In this document: positions 30,004 to 40,773 of the stretch, piece after piece
How positions within the stretch are numbered: position 1 is the stretch's first letter
Layout of the letters: every line of letters starts with the position of its first letter
Assembly (NCBI GenBank): GCA_029259175.1
Contig: JAPDJH010000004.1
Coordinates: 64,001 to 128,000 of the forward strand
Length of the DNA: 64,000 nucleotides
DNA from: Hadesarchaea archaeon
GTDB taxonomy: Archaea; Hadarchaeota; Hadarchaeia; Hadarchaeales; Hadarchaeaceae
Direction: 5' to 3'
Made by a program: the position numbers and the translations under genes
The notes under the pieces: model-generated
Told to the model about the DNA's origin: nothing
Databases searched by the model: none
What the model saw: the letters and a program-made list of their open reading frames with translations, nothing else

Positions 30004-30652
30004 TTTTACGCAAGTCGAGGACTTCAATCCCATGAAGTCTCGCAAAATCCGCTGGCAAGTCCCACACCTGCCTCGCCCGTTCGATGACTATCCGATCACT
30101 TGAGGCCACCACGTCCTGACCCCTCAGATGCGAGTCCGCGCGCTTGACTGCACGGGCTTCTCCCGACAAGCCTTCTTCGGCAAGCATCTTTCGAACAGTG
30201 GCGGCGAGCTCTCCGCTTTTGCTCACCTGGCGGTCGAAAAATACAGCTACCCGTCTCGGTTCGGCACGCTTCAGCATTTGCACAAGGTGCCGAAGCAAGG
30301 GCAGTTTCTCCGCCGAAAACCTGAACTTGCCGAAAACCCCTCGCAGATCCCGGAGCACCCCATCGTCGCATCGAATCACCAAATGGTCTTCTATTAGACT
30401 TTCGAGTGTTATGAGGACATTGTATCCGTCTACCCCCAAGGTCTTGCCTCTGATTTCTCTCCATCTCACAAGCTTGGCGCGGTGGGCTTTGCTCTCGCTC
30501 CGCGAAAACACACACCTCGTGAGCAAGTAGCGCTCGGTCTGGGACAGCCGAAAGTGGTTGGCCACAAAACTCACGGCTGAACTCCTCGGATACCCTCGAT
30601 CCAACAAATAGCGAAGATCACGAATGGCTTGTTGGAGTTTATTCTCTCGCAT
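29987..30652 (-). CDS. DUF434 domain protein (PIN-like)
   Basis: DLRYLLDRGY, VDGYNVLIT, DDGVLRDL, SKSGELA, SSDR. Confidence 0.85.
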   Translation of the reverse strand: MRENKLQQAIRDLRYLLDRGYPRSSAVSFVANHFRLSQTERYLLTRCVFSRSESKAHRAKLVRWREIRGKTLGVDGYNVLITLESLIEDHLVIRCDDGVLRDLRGVFGKFRFSAEKLPLLRHLVQMLKRAEPRRVAVFFDRQVSKSGELAATVRKMLAEEGLSGEARAVKRADSHLRGQDVVASSDRIVIERARQVWDLPADFARLHGIEVLDLRKITRGP

Positions 30653-30657
30653 CGGAT

Positions 30658-33537
30658 CTACTCCAAGTAAAGGGACGGCTTCATGGGCAAGCTCAGGCGG
30701 CCTCTGTTTTTCGGATCGTAGCGTTCTTGGTCTTCGGCCCGGAAAACCCGAAACTCAAGGCCCGTTCGAGCGCTCACATATCTTTCCAGCTCAGTGAGAA
30801 CCGCGTGCTCGTCCAGCTTTTGCTGTTTGAGGATTTCCAGTGCGCTCGGAGAGGAGCGCCGCAGCAACTCCAATATTCGCTGCAGGATTCGAGCCAAATC
30901 GCCTTTCTGACACGGAGGGCTCACCTTGGCCTCGATTTCTTTCAGCAGCTCTCCAAAGTCAATCCGTCCCGACTTGAAGTGAGATATGGCGATCTGATAT
31001 GCCCGCCATTTCCACTCCTCAGCGACGTATGCGATGGCCCGGCTCGGCTTGGTCTTGAGGACTTTCTTTATGTCCAGAATGTCGCTGACAACCGATTCGG
31101 CGTAATCCCAGGCGAGTTCGACCATCGGATCCCGGAGGGCGGCATCGGCTTCCGGCCATTTCGCAGTCGAGATGAAGTCCTTTCTTCCGAACTCGCTCCA
31201 CAACTCTTCGCACGTGTGCGGGATGAAGGGACTGAGCATTCTCAACCACGTGTCTAAAACCTTCTTGAGCACGTCGCCGCTGGGATTTTGCCCCACACAG
31301 GACAGATAGCTGCGCACGTCTTGCATCATCATGAAAAAGGCGTGCTGAATCGCTTTCCGTGTCTCAAAGTTTTCCAGTGCCTGCGTGACTTCTTCCACAT
31401 GGCGCTGAGTTCTGCTCAGCAGCCACCGCTCGGGGAGCCCGAGAGAGCGCCCCGTTTTGTTCACCTTTATGAGGTCTGTGGCTAGCTGGTAGAACCGCTC
31501 CAGATTGCGCTGCATGGCCTCGACCTCCCGGGTCTTCCAGTCCATGTCCTGCCAGGGCTCAGAGACGGAGAGCAGGTACATCCGGACGGTGTCCGCACCG
31601 TATCGCCTGACGGCCTCGTTTATGGCTATGATGTTGCCCTTGGACGAGGACATCTTTTGACCCTCGAGGATGGCCATCCCGAAGCTCACTATTCCGCGGG
31701 GGCACCGGTCGGGAAAGAGCTGGGCGTGGTGGAAGATGTGGAAGGTGAGGTGGTTGGGAATCAGCTCGTTGGCCGACATCCGATAGTCGAGGGGGTACCA
31801 ATACTCAAATTCCGCACGCATTTTTCGGAGCAGGTCAGCGGAAATACCAGTCCGTCGGGCTAGATTTTCTGGATCGCCCCTGCTGTGAAATACAAAGTCG
31901 AAGACTTCGTCCGAGAGCTGCTCTGGATCCACCTGCTTGAGCAGGTGTGCCACGGTGTAGTAGGCCATGTAAATGGTGGAGTCGCTGAGAGACTCTATTA
32001 TCCAGCCCTCCGCCCAAGGAGCGGGGGTTCCCATCCCTATCTGGCGAGTGCAAGGCCACTCGCGGAGCCACTCGATGGTGTGTTCGAACTGGGCGCGAGT
32101 TTCGGGTGGGACCAAGTGCATGCGGGCAAGGCATTCGCGGGCCTTGCGCTTCCAGTCCGGGTCGGCATAGTTCAGGAACCACTGGTCTTCAACCACCTTG
32201 ACGACGACTTGAGAGTTGCAGCGGCACACGACTGGCTTGGCCGAGAACTCGTACATAATTGCGGCCTCGCGGTTGGCCAGCATGTCGTTTCTCACGGCCT
32301 GCTTGGCCTCCGAAACTGGCATCCCACCATACTTAGGAACCCAGTCCCGCATGCGTCCTTTAGCGAACTCGTTACGGTAGACTTCCGCTGTGGCTTCCTC
32401 CAGCTTTGGGTCTCGCTGATCAGTAATGCCCATACGATTTACCACGTCTATCGCCGGGTGTTCTCCATAACCGGGTGTCTCGATGAGGGAAATCGGCTCT
32501 AGCTGCTCAACCAGCGCAGGATCGATGCCAAATGCTTTCAGGCGCTCCGGGTCGCGCTGAATCTCAACCAAGGCAATGTGATCGTAGGGGGCGTGAGAAG
32601 GGACAGAGCCCACCACTCCAGTGGCGTTGTCGGGATCAACAAACGAAGCTGGCAAAATCGGGACACGCTTGTGGGTGAGAGGGACTTCAACCTCCTGAGA
32701 GAAATCTATATTGAACGGCTCCACTTTCCCCACTTCATAGCCCTGAAGCTTGAGCTTCTCGACCGCCTGCTCGCTGACCACCCACTGCTCACCGTTGACC
32801 TCCGCAACCACATAGTTGGCCTCGGGATTCAACCAGAGATTGGTCACTCCAAAAACGGTTTCTGGCCGCAGAGTGGCGGCAGGCAGCACCAAATCGCCAA
32901 GGCGATACTTCAACAACGTGAACTCCAAGATCTCGACGCCTTCTCCCTCAAGCAAATCGTGGTCGGTCACAGGGTTGCCGCACCGTGGGCACCACTTGAC
33001 CGGATGGCGCCCCTTCACTATCAAACCGGCATCCCAGAGCTTGTGATACTGCCAAGTGATGAAGCGCTGGTAGTGGGGATCCACGGTGGTGAATTCGCGG
33101 CGCCAGTCGATAGAGTACCCGAGCCACTCCATTCCCTTGCGATAGCTGAGATCGCTTTCTTTTGCGAAATAGGTGGCGAAGCGGTGCGGGTTCTCGAACT
33201 CTTTCAAACGCTCCGGAGGAACACCGTAGCGTTCGGTTAGGACTTTAACGAACTGAGGGTCGCGGCGTTCGACACGTTTGGCCGCACCGACGATCGGAGT
33301 GCCAGTGAAGTGGTAGGCCATGGGGAAGAGGACGTTGAAGCCGCGCATGCGCTTGTAGCGGGCAATAACGTCTGGGACGGTGTAGGTGCGGCCGTGGCCG
33401 ATGTGCATAGGGCCGCTGACGTAGGGGTATGCGACCGTGAGGTAGAACTTTGGACGGTCATCTGGGTTCGCCTCGAACAACTTGGCCTCGCGCCATTTCT
33501 GTTGCCAGCGCGCATCCAGCTCCTGCCAGTTCACCAT
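30658..33537 (-). CDS. leuS: leucine--tRNA ligase (archaeal type)
   Basis: AYPYVSGPMHIGH, TLRPET, SLSDSTIY, KMSSSKGN. Confidence 0.95.
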   Translation of the reverse strand: MVNWQELDARWQQKWREAKLFEANPDDRPKFYLTVAYPYVSGPMHIGHGRTYTVPDVIARYKRMRGFNVLFPMAYHFTGTPIVGAAKRVERRDPQFVKVLTERYGVPPERLKEFENPHRFATYFAKESDLSYRKGMEWLGYSIDWRREFTTVDPHYQRFITWQYHKLWDAGLIVKGRHPVKWCPRCGNPVTDHDLLEGEGVEILEFTLLKYRLGDLVLPAATLRPETVFGVTNLWLNPEANYVVAEVNGEQWVVSEQAVEKLKLQGYEVGKVEPFNIDFSQEVEVPLTHKRVPILPASFVDPDNATGVVGSVPSHAPYDHIALVEIQRDPERLKAFGIDPALVEQLEPISLIETPGYGEHPAIDVVNRMGITDQRDPKLEEATAEVYRNEFAKGRMRDWVPKYGGMPVSEAKQAVRNDMLANREAAIMYEFSAKPVVCRCNSQVVVKVVEDQWFLNYADPDWKRKARECLARMHLVPPETRAQFEHTIEWLREWPCTRQIGMGTPAPWAEGWIIESLSDSTIYMAYYTVAHLLKQVDPEQLSDEVFDFVFHSRGDPENLARRTGISADLLRKMRAEFEYWYPLDYRMSANELIPNHLTFHIFHHAQLFPDRCPRGIVSFGMAILEGQKMSSSKGNIIAINEAVRRYGADTVRMYLLSVSEPWQDMDWKTREVEAMQRNLERFYQLATDLIKVNKTGRSLGLPERWLLSRTQRHVEEVTQALENFETRKAIQHAFFMMMQDVRSYLSCVGQNPSGDVLKKVLDTWLRMLSPFIPHTCEELWSEFGRKDFISTAKWPEADAALRDPMVELAWDYAESVVSDILDIKKVLKTKPSRAIAYVAEEWKWRAYQIAISHFKSGRIDFGELLKEIEAKVSPPCQKGDLARILQRILELLRRSSPSALEILKQQKLDEHAVLTELERYVSARTGLEFRVFRAEDQERYDPKNRGRLSLPMKPSLYLE

Positions 33538-33628
33538 ACAACCACTGCCTACATTTCATCGAGGAAATAAAAAATAAAACTGAGGCTCGGGTAGTTGTTA
33601 TAAATATAACAAATGTGGTGTTTTGAAT

Positions 33629-34081
33629 TCACCCATTTTCCAAGTAAGCAAAGAGAGCCACTATTCCCAGAACCGCTAACGCCCAGTTCACAAACCGATC
33701 TGACGACCTGAAGAGACCCAGACCCACGCGTCTGTTGGATAGCGGCCAAAAAGGTCTGAACTTCGCAAAAGTGGCCATATCCCCCACCAAGTGCAACACA
33801 ACACCGAGAAACGCTCCGATAAACCCGGACCAAAAACCAAATCCCAGCCAGAGAAAAACTCCACCACTAAGCACGGCCATAACGACTGCGCCGAAAATCG
33901 AATGAGTCAGCGGCCCGCGGTGCTCCACGAATCCACCTGTTCGGATATCTAGGTCGGGGAACACCGAAAATACAACTGTGAGGGCGATTATGGGGAGACC
34001 GAGGGCTGGCGGATATCGAAAAAACATCATGCTGGCCGACATCACTGCCAGAGAGAAACCGGCATGACCTTCGGGCCGCAT
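33629..34081 (-). CDS. YdjM-like membrane metal-dependent hydrolase
   Basis: H, PDLD, HRGPLTHS, HLVGD motifs with TM helices. Confidence 0.85.
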   Translation of the reverse strand: MRPEGHAGFSLAVMSASMMFFRYPPALGLPIIALTVVFSVFPDLDIRTGGFVEHRGPLTHSIFGAVVMAVLSGGVFLWLGFGFWSGFIGAFLGVVLHLVGDMATFAKFRPFWPLSNRRVGLGLFRSSDRFVNWALAVLGIVALFAYLENG

Positions 34082-34087
34082 GGAGGC

Positions 34088-36808
34088 TCAGCTGGAGAGG
34101 ATCTCTATTGCTCGCTCCAAAGCTCTCGGAAGCGACTCCGGTTTGGTCCCTCCTCCTTGCCCGAGATGAGGTTTCCCGCCGCCACCTCCCCCTATCTCGC
34201 GCGAGATCTCTGCAGCGATCTGACCGCAATTCACCCCCGATTTCACGGCCTCCGGGCCAGCCATCACCACCACGCGGGGTCTATCGCGTCTGGAACCGAG
34301 CACCACTACCAGCGCTGGATTCTCTCTGGTGAGCACCTCGGCGGCCTTCACGAGCTCCTCGGCGCTCGCATCGACTTCCTCACAGATCACCCGACGCCCG
34401 CCCACTTCTCTGACTTTTTCCTTCAAGCTCTTGGACAACAAGTCGGCAACCTGCTCCTTCAGCCTCTCCGCCTCTTTGCTCGCCGCTTTCCAATCCTGGA
34501 AGAGGCGCTCGACCGAAGAGGCCAGCTTCTCCGGTGGAACACGAAGAATCGTTGTGGCTCGCTGCACCTGCTCCTCCAGAGCGCGGAGATAGCTCAGGGC
34601 GGCATCTCCAACAGCAAACTCGATGCGCTCGATTCCGTCCTGGATTCGCTCCGTTCGCAGGATCTTGAAGAAACCCACCTCTCCTGTCCGCGTGCAGTGA
34701 GTCCCCGCACAGGCTTGCACGTCCCAGTCCTCGATTTCTACCACTCGAAGACGCTTTCCCGGAATAACTCCTCCCTGATAGAGCACAAAACCGAACTTGC
34801 GCTCCGCGGCGACCCTGTCCATCCACGCAGTGCGAACCGGTCTGTTCTCCCGAATTACTTGATTGCAGAGGCGCTCGATTTCTTGTAGCTGCTCGGGCGT
34901 AATCCGCTTGAAATGCGAGACATCCAATCTGCTGCGGTCCTCTCCTTTCTGCGCCCCTTGTTGCCACACGTGATCGCCCAAAACACGCCGCAACGCGCCA
35001 AGCAGGATGTGAGTTCCCGTGTGGTGAGCCATGAGAGCCTGTCTGCGCTTCCAGTCGATCCGGCCACGCACCATCTGCCCGCGTTTGAACGGATTGTTCT
35101 CCAGCCTGTGCAACACCACATCACCGACCTTCACGACTTCGGTGACCCTCGCCTTCCCCGCTTTGCCCTCTATCTCTCCCAAGTCCGACGGCTGACCGCC
35201 TCCCTCTGGGTAAAATGCTGTGCGATCAAGCACCACATAATCATCAATCACGCCCACGACCTTTGCTGAGAACTCCTGCGTATATGGAGCAGCGTAGTAC
35301 AAGAGCTTGGTCGGCGTCAGTCCTTTCAACCGCTCTTCAGATACGGGGGAGACTTGGGCCACCACGTGACGCGGCCTGCTGTGAAGCTTCGCGACCTTGA
35401 TGTAGAAGTCTTCCGGAATCCTCACCTCAACTCCAAGACCTCCAGCCACTTCTCTCACCAGCTCGGGAGGAAGACCGTGAGTGTCGTAAAGCATCAAGAT
35501 TTCCGATTCCGAAAAGCCCTGACCTCTAGATCTCAGCTCTTCCGCCATTCGCTCGACCAGCGCCCGCCCGCGCTTGAGGGTGTCCCGGTACTTCCGCTCC
35601 TCGTGCGCACAGACCTCAAGGATATAATCCCGTTTTTCTCTCATTTCCGGGAACTGCGGCGCCGAGAAATCCAGCATCTTGGCCATGAGCTCCGGCAACC
35701 TGACCTCCATTCGGATTTCGTCCATGAGCCTAAGAGTTCTCCTCAGCACCAGGCGCGCGAGGTATCCCTCCCGGACGTTGCTGGGCGTTATCCCATCTGC
35801 AAACATGAATGCCAAGCAACGCAGGTGATCGGCGATCGCGTAGACCCCTTCGATCGGTGAAAGCATACGGTCAAGCTCTTCTACTGAAACCCCCGTTCGC
35901 TCGGAGAGTTTAGAGCGCAGAATGTGGAGGTCGCGGCCGCTCTCGATATCGAGCACCCCAGCGAGCTTCGAGTTCTCCTGCAGGATTTCTGGCGGTGGAA
36001 GCTGGACACCGGCCATGCCTCGCAACTCGTCGATGAGCCGGCCGAAGATGGCCTCATAGCTCGTGGGGGTCCCCTGGGTAAGCCACACAAAGCGCTCCAA
36101 ACCATAGCCGGTGTCAACGATTTCAAGAGGGATGGGCCGGTAGTTGCCACTCTCCCCCGCGTAGTGCATGAAGACAAGCGTTGCGACCTCTAGGCCACGC
36201 ACGTTGACTTCAAAATCCTCTCCAGCGTTTCCACCGCCCTCCCACATCCCCTCAATGTAGGTGATTTCCTCTGGCCTTATCCGCAGGGTTCGGGTAAGAA
36301 ATTCATGACAGTACTGGACGGTCTCGTGATTCCAGTAAATCCGCCTGGTGCGCGTGTTGAAGGCGTGGTGTCCGCCCATGAAGAACAGGGTGAAGTGACG
36401 TCCAGAGCGCCCCACATTGTCGATGTCTTTGAGCCTGATGCTCGGCTGGCTTACGACAAGGGGATTCGCAGGCGGAGGCACTTGACCGCTCGTGACCCAC
36501 GGCTGAAAGTTTGCAATCGATGCGATGGTGAGAAAGATATCATCGCGCCAGCGGGCCACGACCGGGTAACGCGGGATCACCTCGTGCCCCCGACGCTTGA
36601 AGAAACGAAGAAACGCTCGCTCGAACTCCTGCAAGGTATAGGGCTTGCGGGTCGGAGGATTTCCAATAAACGAATATTCCACACACGGCGTGTCACCGCA
36701 GAGTTCACGTTCGGGATCAAGCGTCCAGAAAAATCTCCCGCAACTCTTACACTTCCGCTGCGTGAAGCCCTCTTCCTTGAACAGCTTGACGTGATAAATT
36801 TCGCTCAT
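34088..36808 (-). CDS. alaS: alanine--tRNA ligase
   Basis: RWRDDIFLTIASI, DTGYGLER, HTGTH, CAGTH, GGGGGGK. Confidence 0.96.
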   Translation of the reverse strand: MSEIYHVKLFKEEGFTQRKCKSCGRFFWTLDPERELCGDTPCVEYSFIGNPPTRKPYTLQEFERAFLRFFKRRGHEVIPRYPVVARWRDDIFLTIASIANFQPWVTSGQVPPPANPLVVSQPSIRLKDIDNVGRSGRHFTLFFMGGHHAFNTRTRRIYWNHETVQYCHEFLTRTLRIRPEEITYIEGMWEGGGNAGEDFEVNVRGLEVATLVFMHYAGESGNYRPIPLEIVDTGYGLERFVWLTQGTPTSYEAIFGRLIDELRGMAGVQLPPPEILQENSKLAGVLDIESGRDLHILRSKLSERTGVSVEELDRMLSPIEGVYAIADHLRCLAFMFADGITPSNVREGYLARLVLRRTLRLMDEIRMEVRLPELMAKMLDFSAPQFPEMREKRDYILEVCAHEERKYRDTLKRGRALVERMAEELRSRGQGFSESEILMLYDTHGLPPELVREVAGGLGVEVRIPEDFYIKVAKLHSRPRHVVAQVSPVSEERLKGLTPTKLLYYAAPYTQEFSAKVVGVIDDYVVLDRTAFYPEGGGQPSDLGEIEGKAGKARVTEVVKVGDVVLHRLENNPFKRGQMVRGRIDWKRRQALMAHHTGTHILLGALRRVLGDHVWQQGAQKGEDRSRLDVSHFKRITPEQLQEIERLCNQVIRENRPVRTAWMDRVAAERKFGFVLYQGGVIPGKRLRVVEIEDWDVQACAGTHCTRTGEVGFFKILRTERIQDGIERIEFAVGDAALSYLRALEEQVQRATTILRVPPEKLASSVERLFQDWKAASKEAERLKEQVADLLSKSLKEKVREVGGRRVICEEVDASAEELVKAAEVLTRENPALVVVLGSRRDRPRVVVMAGPEAVKSGVNCGQIAAEISREIGGGGGGKPHLGQGGGTKPESLPRALERAIEILSS

Positions 36809-36847
36809 CCACACCAATACGGGAATCAACGGTTAAAAACCGCGATG

Positions 36848-37210
36848 CTACTTGGCAAGAATCTCCTCGATTTTTTTGATCAGCGCCTCGGGGTCGAACG
36901 GCTTCACGATGTAGTCTGAAGCTCCTAGTTCTTTCACACCTTTTTTCAGAGTATCCGGGATGTCGAGCGCCGTTAGGAGCGCCACCTTTTGGCCGGGATT
37001 GGTTTTTCTGATTTCCTTGTAAACCTCCCAGCCGTCCATTTCCGGCATCATGATGTCGAGCAGAACCAGATCCGGTTTCTCTTGAGAGTAGCTGTCAAGA
37101 AACTCCTTCGGATTGGTGTATCCGACAAACTCGTGCCCGGCGCGCGTGATTATTTTTTGCAAAAGTTTCACAATATCTGGCTCATCGTCAACCGCCACAA
37201 TTTTCTTCAT
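36848..37210 (-). CDS. single-domain response regulator receiver
   Basis: VDDE, LLDIMMPEMDG, LTA, KPF. Confidence 0.9.
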   Translation of the reverse strand: MKKIVAVDDEPDIVKLLQKIITRAGHEFVGYTNPKEFLDSYSQEKPDLVLLDIMMPEMDGWEVYKEIRKTNPGQKVALLTALDIPDTLKKGVKELGASDYIVKPFDPEALIKKIEEILAK

Positions 37211-37278
37211 TGGCTTTGCACCAACCATTTCTGCAGGAATGTCGTTATAAACATTTCATTACCCATAAAAGATGCTGT

Positions 37279-37440
37279 TCAAATAACCACCTCCAGCCAC
37301 TTCTTTAACCCACCATCGCCCCCGGATGGAGGCCCCTTCAGTGTTTGATACCACCTGCAGCGGTTGTAGAAGAAGACGAAGGCCCAGCTGTTCTGTGGTG
37401 AACGGCACACTTCCGGGATTGCTCCGCTGGTGTGAGGAGC
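37279..37440 (-). pseudogene. possible DDE transposase C-terminal remnant
   Basis: AFVFFYNRCRWYQTLKGPP resembles the YNxxRxHxxL...P motif of DDE transposases; no catalytic core seen. Confidence 0.3.
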
Positions 37441-37548
37441 ACAACACGCCGGCTTTGTTGTATGGAACAACCGTTGCGGCATGTTCGAAAATCCCGAATT
37501 TGCCTTATTTTTGCCCGTACGCCCGTCGCAGTCCTTAAGCAAGGGGGT

Positions 37549-37866
37549 TCAGCCGAAAAGCGCGCCAAGTCCTGAGAGTGCCTCTTCTTCCTTTTTCTCC
37601 TCTTCTTTCTTCTCCTCTTTCTTCTCAGCTGGTTTTTCCTCGGCTTTCTCTGCGGGCGCCGCAGGAGCCGCCGCTGGCGCTGCAACGGGTACTGCCGCGC
37701 TCTTGATCGCCTCGTCGATGTTGACCCCTTCGAGCGCAGCTACCAATGCCTTGACTCTGGCCTCGTCCACTTCCACACCGGCCGCTTTCAGGATATTGGT
37801 TATCCCCTGCTCGTCCACCGGCTTGCCCGCCGCGTGCAGCACGAGCGCCGCATGGATATATTCCAT
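37549..37866 (-). CDS. rpl12: 50S ribosomal protein P1/L12
   Basis: [11 protein letters not shown], Ala/Glu-rich linker, GLGALFG. Confidence 0.96.
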   Translation of the reverse strand: MEYIHAALVLHAAGKPVDEQGITNILKAAGVEVDEARVKALVAALEGVNIDEAIKSAAVPVAAPAAAPAAPAEKAEEKPAEKKEEKKEEEKKEEEALSGLGALFG

Positions 37867-37880
37867 TCCACTCACCTCCA

Positions 37881-38909
37881 TCACCCGAACAACGCACCCA
37901 ACCCTGATAGCTCTTCTCCCTTTTCTTCCTTTTCCTCCTCTTTAGGCTTTTCCTCCGGGGGTTTTTCTTCTTTTTGTTCTGCTGGCGGAGGAGCCGGAGC
38001 CTCTTGCACCACCAGCCCCCTGAGCTCTTCATCCAAACAGGCCTCGTTTTGCTTTCCGGCAAAGCCCGCTAAGGCGAGCATCTCGTACCTGGCAAGAGAC
38101 AGCAAATCGGTAATCACATCCCGGGCTGGGAATCGGGCGTTCAAGGCCAGATTGCGTGCGTTCATGGCAGCTTCGGCAATGAACAGCGGAACCGTCTGAC
38201 TGGTCGGATACCCGACATTGAACGCCAGATTGAACGCCCACGAAGCCGCTTGCTGCACCTCACCGGTGGTCTTTTGCTCATCGATCTCCAGCAAATCGCT
38301 TGAGAATATCAGACCATCTTGATATGCAGCCCTCAATTTGAGCCCGAGCTCTACCGGCATTATGTTGAATTTGGCCAAAATGTCAGCAATTTGCGGAGTT
38401 ATCACATCGCCGGCTTTCACGAGTGGACAGTCCTCGAGAATCACCACCTTTCCGGCTTGAATGCGTGCTTTTATCCCAACGCGCTGGAGTTCTCCAACCA
38501 CCGGGCCCGGGGGGAGATCTGTTTCTCCTGCCGGGATCACAATATCCTGGGCGGCTCTAGATCCCGGCTTCGCTGGCGCTTTGGTTTTGTTCTCCCGGAG
38601 GAACTTGCTCAGCTTGAACGCGTCCATGTCGGTGAGAATCACCGCCGTGGGTCCCTCTATCATATCTGCCAGCTTGGCCAGATCTGGACGGCTCTGAGCG
38701 ACCTTTGCGATCGCCAGTCTCAGGAGAGTGTTTTTCACCACCCGTATGGTCGCGCGTTCTCGCAGTTTTTCCCGGATTTCTTGGAATTGTTTTGCCGGCA
38801 GCTCCGTGATATCAGCTATTCCTATGACAGAGGTCTCTTGGAGTTGCTTGGCAAACTCTTCAACGAATCCCTTCTTCCATTCCGCCACGTGAGCCGTTTT
38901 TGCGACCAT
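37881..38909 (-). CDS. rplP0: 50S ribosomal protein L10/P0
   Basis: HVAEWKK, KNTL, TDLPPGP, GLGALFG. Confidence 0.95.
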   Translation of the reverse strand: MVAKTAHVAEWKKGFVEEFAKQLQETSVIGIADITELPAKQFQEIREKLRERATIRVVKNTLLRLAIAKVAQSRPDLAKLADMIEGPTAVILTDMDAFKLSKFLRENKTKAPAKPGSRAAQDIVIPAGETDLPPGPVVGELQRVGIKARIQAGKVVILEDCPLVKAGDVITPQIADILAKFNIMPVELGLKLRAAYQDGLIFSSDLLEIDEQKTTGEVQQAASWAFNLAFNVGYPTSQTVPLFIAEAAMNARNLALNARFPARDVITDLLSLARYEMLALAGFAGKQNEACLDEELRGLVVQEAPAPPPAEQKEEKPPEEKPKEEEKEEKGEELSGLGALFG

Positions 38910-38912
38910 CTA

Positions 38913-39572
38913 TTATCCCTCCACCATTCCTATCTTGACGGGTTTTCCCATTGTGGTTTTAACGTAGACGGTCTTGATCCGCCCACCCAAATCGGAAAGT
39001 TTGCGATCGACCTCCTCCAGCACAGCTAAGGCGTTTTCCGCCAGCTGTCCTTCATCCATTTTTTCACTCCCGATTTTGGTGTTGAGACACAGCTGTCCCT
39101 TGTTCATGAGGCGAACCGTTCTCCTTAGCCGCTCTATTATGGGTATGGGATTGGCTGTGGCCGGGATGGGTCGAGGCATTTTACCTCGTGGTCCCAGCAC
39201 AGGACCGAAAACCTTGCCGATCAGCACCATCAGATCTGCCTGAGCCAAACACATGTCGAACTGCTCAGCTATTTTTTTGATTTCCTTTCGCTGGCCTTGC
39301 AACCGTTGGATCTCCCCTTTTCCCATAACCCGATCGGCTCCTCCTTCTCGAGCGAGTCTCGCCAGTTCTCCGTCGGCAAACACGAACACACGATTTGGTT
39401 TTCCGAGTCCGTGAGGCAGCACCACATCCAGCGTTATGCGGCTTTCCGGTTTCTTGGGATCGAGACCCTCAAGGGCAATCAGTAACTCCATCGACTGCTC
39501 GAAATTCCTCGGTTTGGACTGTTCTTTCGCCTGCCTGATAGCTTGCACCAACGCCTCCTTGCTCACGGTCAT
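38913..39572 (-). CDS. rpl1: 50S ribosomal protein L1
   Basis: [22 protein letters not shown]. Confidence 0.95.
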   Translation of the reverse strand: MTVSKEALVQAIRQAKEQSKPRNFEQSMELLIALEGLDPKKPESRITLDVVLPHGLGKPNRVFVFADGELARLAREGGADRVMGKGEIQRLQGQRKEIKKIAEQFDMCLAQADLMVLIGKVFGPVLGPRGKMPRPIPATANPIPIIERLRRTVRLMNKGQLCLNTKIGSEKMDEGQLAENALAVLEEVDRKLSDLGGRIKTVYVKTTMGKPVKIGMVEG

Positions 39573-40045
39573 TCTTTCAACACCTCGTCGTGTTTTCCAG
39601 CGTCTACTTCCTGCTGGATTTCGCGCGGATCTCTTCCCTCCACTGTCACGCCCATGCTGACGCAGGTGCCTAGAACCTCTTTCACCGCAGCTTTCAGTGT
39701 TTTGGCCAAGCTGCCGGACCGCTTGACTTTGGCAATCTGGACGACCTGCTGCAGAGAGAGATTTCCGACCACTTCGCTGCCAGCCGTCTTGGCCCCCTTT
39801 TCAACGCCGAGTTCCTTCTTTATCAGGGCAGAGACAGGAGGTGAACCCACCTTGACATCAAAACTTTTGGTCTTTGGGTCAACGATCACGGTCACTGGGA
39901 CAGTCATCCCGGCAAACTCCTTGGTTCGCTCGTTTATTTTTGCTACCACTTGCCCCACGTTTATGCCGAAAGGACCGAGCGCTGGACCTAGAGGCGGCCC
40001 AGCGGATGCCTTCCCTCCTTCGACCAGCAATTTGATTTCTGGCAC
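39569..40045 (-). CDS. rpl11: 50S ribosomal protein L11
   Basis: [23 protein letters not shown]. Confidence 0.96.
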   Translation of the reverse strand: MPEIKLLVEGGKASAGPPLGPALGPFGINVGQVVAKINERTKEFAGMTVPVTVIVDPKTKSFDVKVGSPPVSALIKKELGVEKGAKTAGSEVVGNLSLQQVVQIAKVKRSGSLAKTLKAAVKEVLGTCVSMGVTVEGRDPREIQQEVDAGKHDEVLKE

Positions 40046-40096
40046 AGCCCATCACCCGGCTTTCTCTCAAAAGTAGCAGACGAGGTTATAAATAGA

Positions 40097-40606
40097 CTAC
40101 GAGGGGGAGCCCTCCATTTCTTCCTTGCGCTGGATGATTTTCACGGCGTCACCGCGCACGGTAACAGGGATGGGCACGGTCGCCTCAATCAGTTCGACCG
40201 TTATCTCCTCCTTGCTCTCATCGATTCGAATTATCTTTGCACGCTCCCCTTTGAACGGACCAGAGGAGATCTCCACCAAATCTCCTACGTTCATCCGGAT
40301 CACGCTTGGCCGCGGCGTCAGGAACTGCTCGAGCTGCTCCATGGGCACTTCTCCGCTCACCACCCCTTTTGCGTGCTTCACCCCGGCGCGCAGTCTTTCC
40401 ACGAAGTGGCGGCCACCAAAAACTTCGACGAACACATAACCCCGTATATCCGGTGGAGCAAGAATGCTGAGCAGATCCTTCATTCCGTAATTTTTTGCTC
40501 TTCCGTCCAGCATATCCGCCGCAGTTTTTTCCTGACCCACCGTTGTTCTCAGCGCAAAGAGCTGTGGCTTGCGCTCTGTTTGACCTTCGGTTTTCTCCTC
40601 AGCCAC
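40097..40606 (-). CDS. spt5: transcription elongation factor Spt5 (NusG)
   Basis: TTVGQE, GYVFVE, KOW GDLVEISSGPFKG. Confidence 0.95.
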   Translation of the reverse strand: MAEEKTEGQTERKPQLFALRTTVGQEKTAADMLDGRAKNYGMKDLLSILAPPDIRGYVFVEVFGGRHFVERLRAGVKHAKGVVSGEVPMEQLEQFLTPRPSVIRMNVGDLVEISSGPFKGERAKIIRIDESKEEITVELIEATVPIPVTVRGDAVKIIQRKEEMEGSPS

Positions 40607-40773
40607 TATACTCCACCCCCTACCATAGAAGCTATTAGCATTATTATGTAGCCCAAGATTCCAATCAAGATAATCCCCAGCCCGGTTATCTTGGCCACCT
40701 GGAGATACTCGTCTCGGTCTGGTTTCCTAGCTACCTGAAACATTCGTTTGCAGTTCTGGATGAACTCCCCCAT
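40606..40773 (-). CDS. secE: protein translocase SecE/Sec61-gamma (55 aa, below ORF-track cutoff)
   Basis: Manual translation MGEFIQNCKRMFQVARKPDRDEYLQVAKITGLGIILIGILGYIMLIASMVGGGV; conserved ftsZ-secE-spt5 synteny. Confidence 0.93.
   Translation of the reverse strand: MGEFIQNCKRMFQVARKPDRDEYLQVAKITGLGIILIGILGYIIMLIASMVGGGV

Noticed and set aside
37549-37990. Similar Glu/Lys-rich repeats ending GLGALFG
   Set aside because: Normal shared C-termini of ribosomal stalk proteins P0 and P1.
39490-39545. L1 autoregulatory kink-turn in the rpl1 5' coding region
   Set aside because: Position fits Methanococcus, but I could not form convincing pairing.
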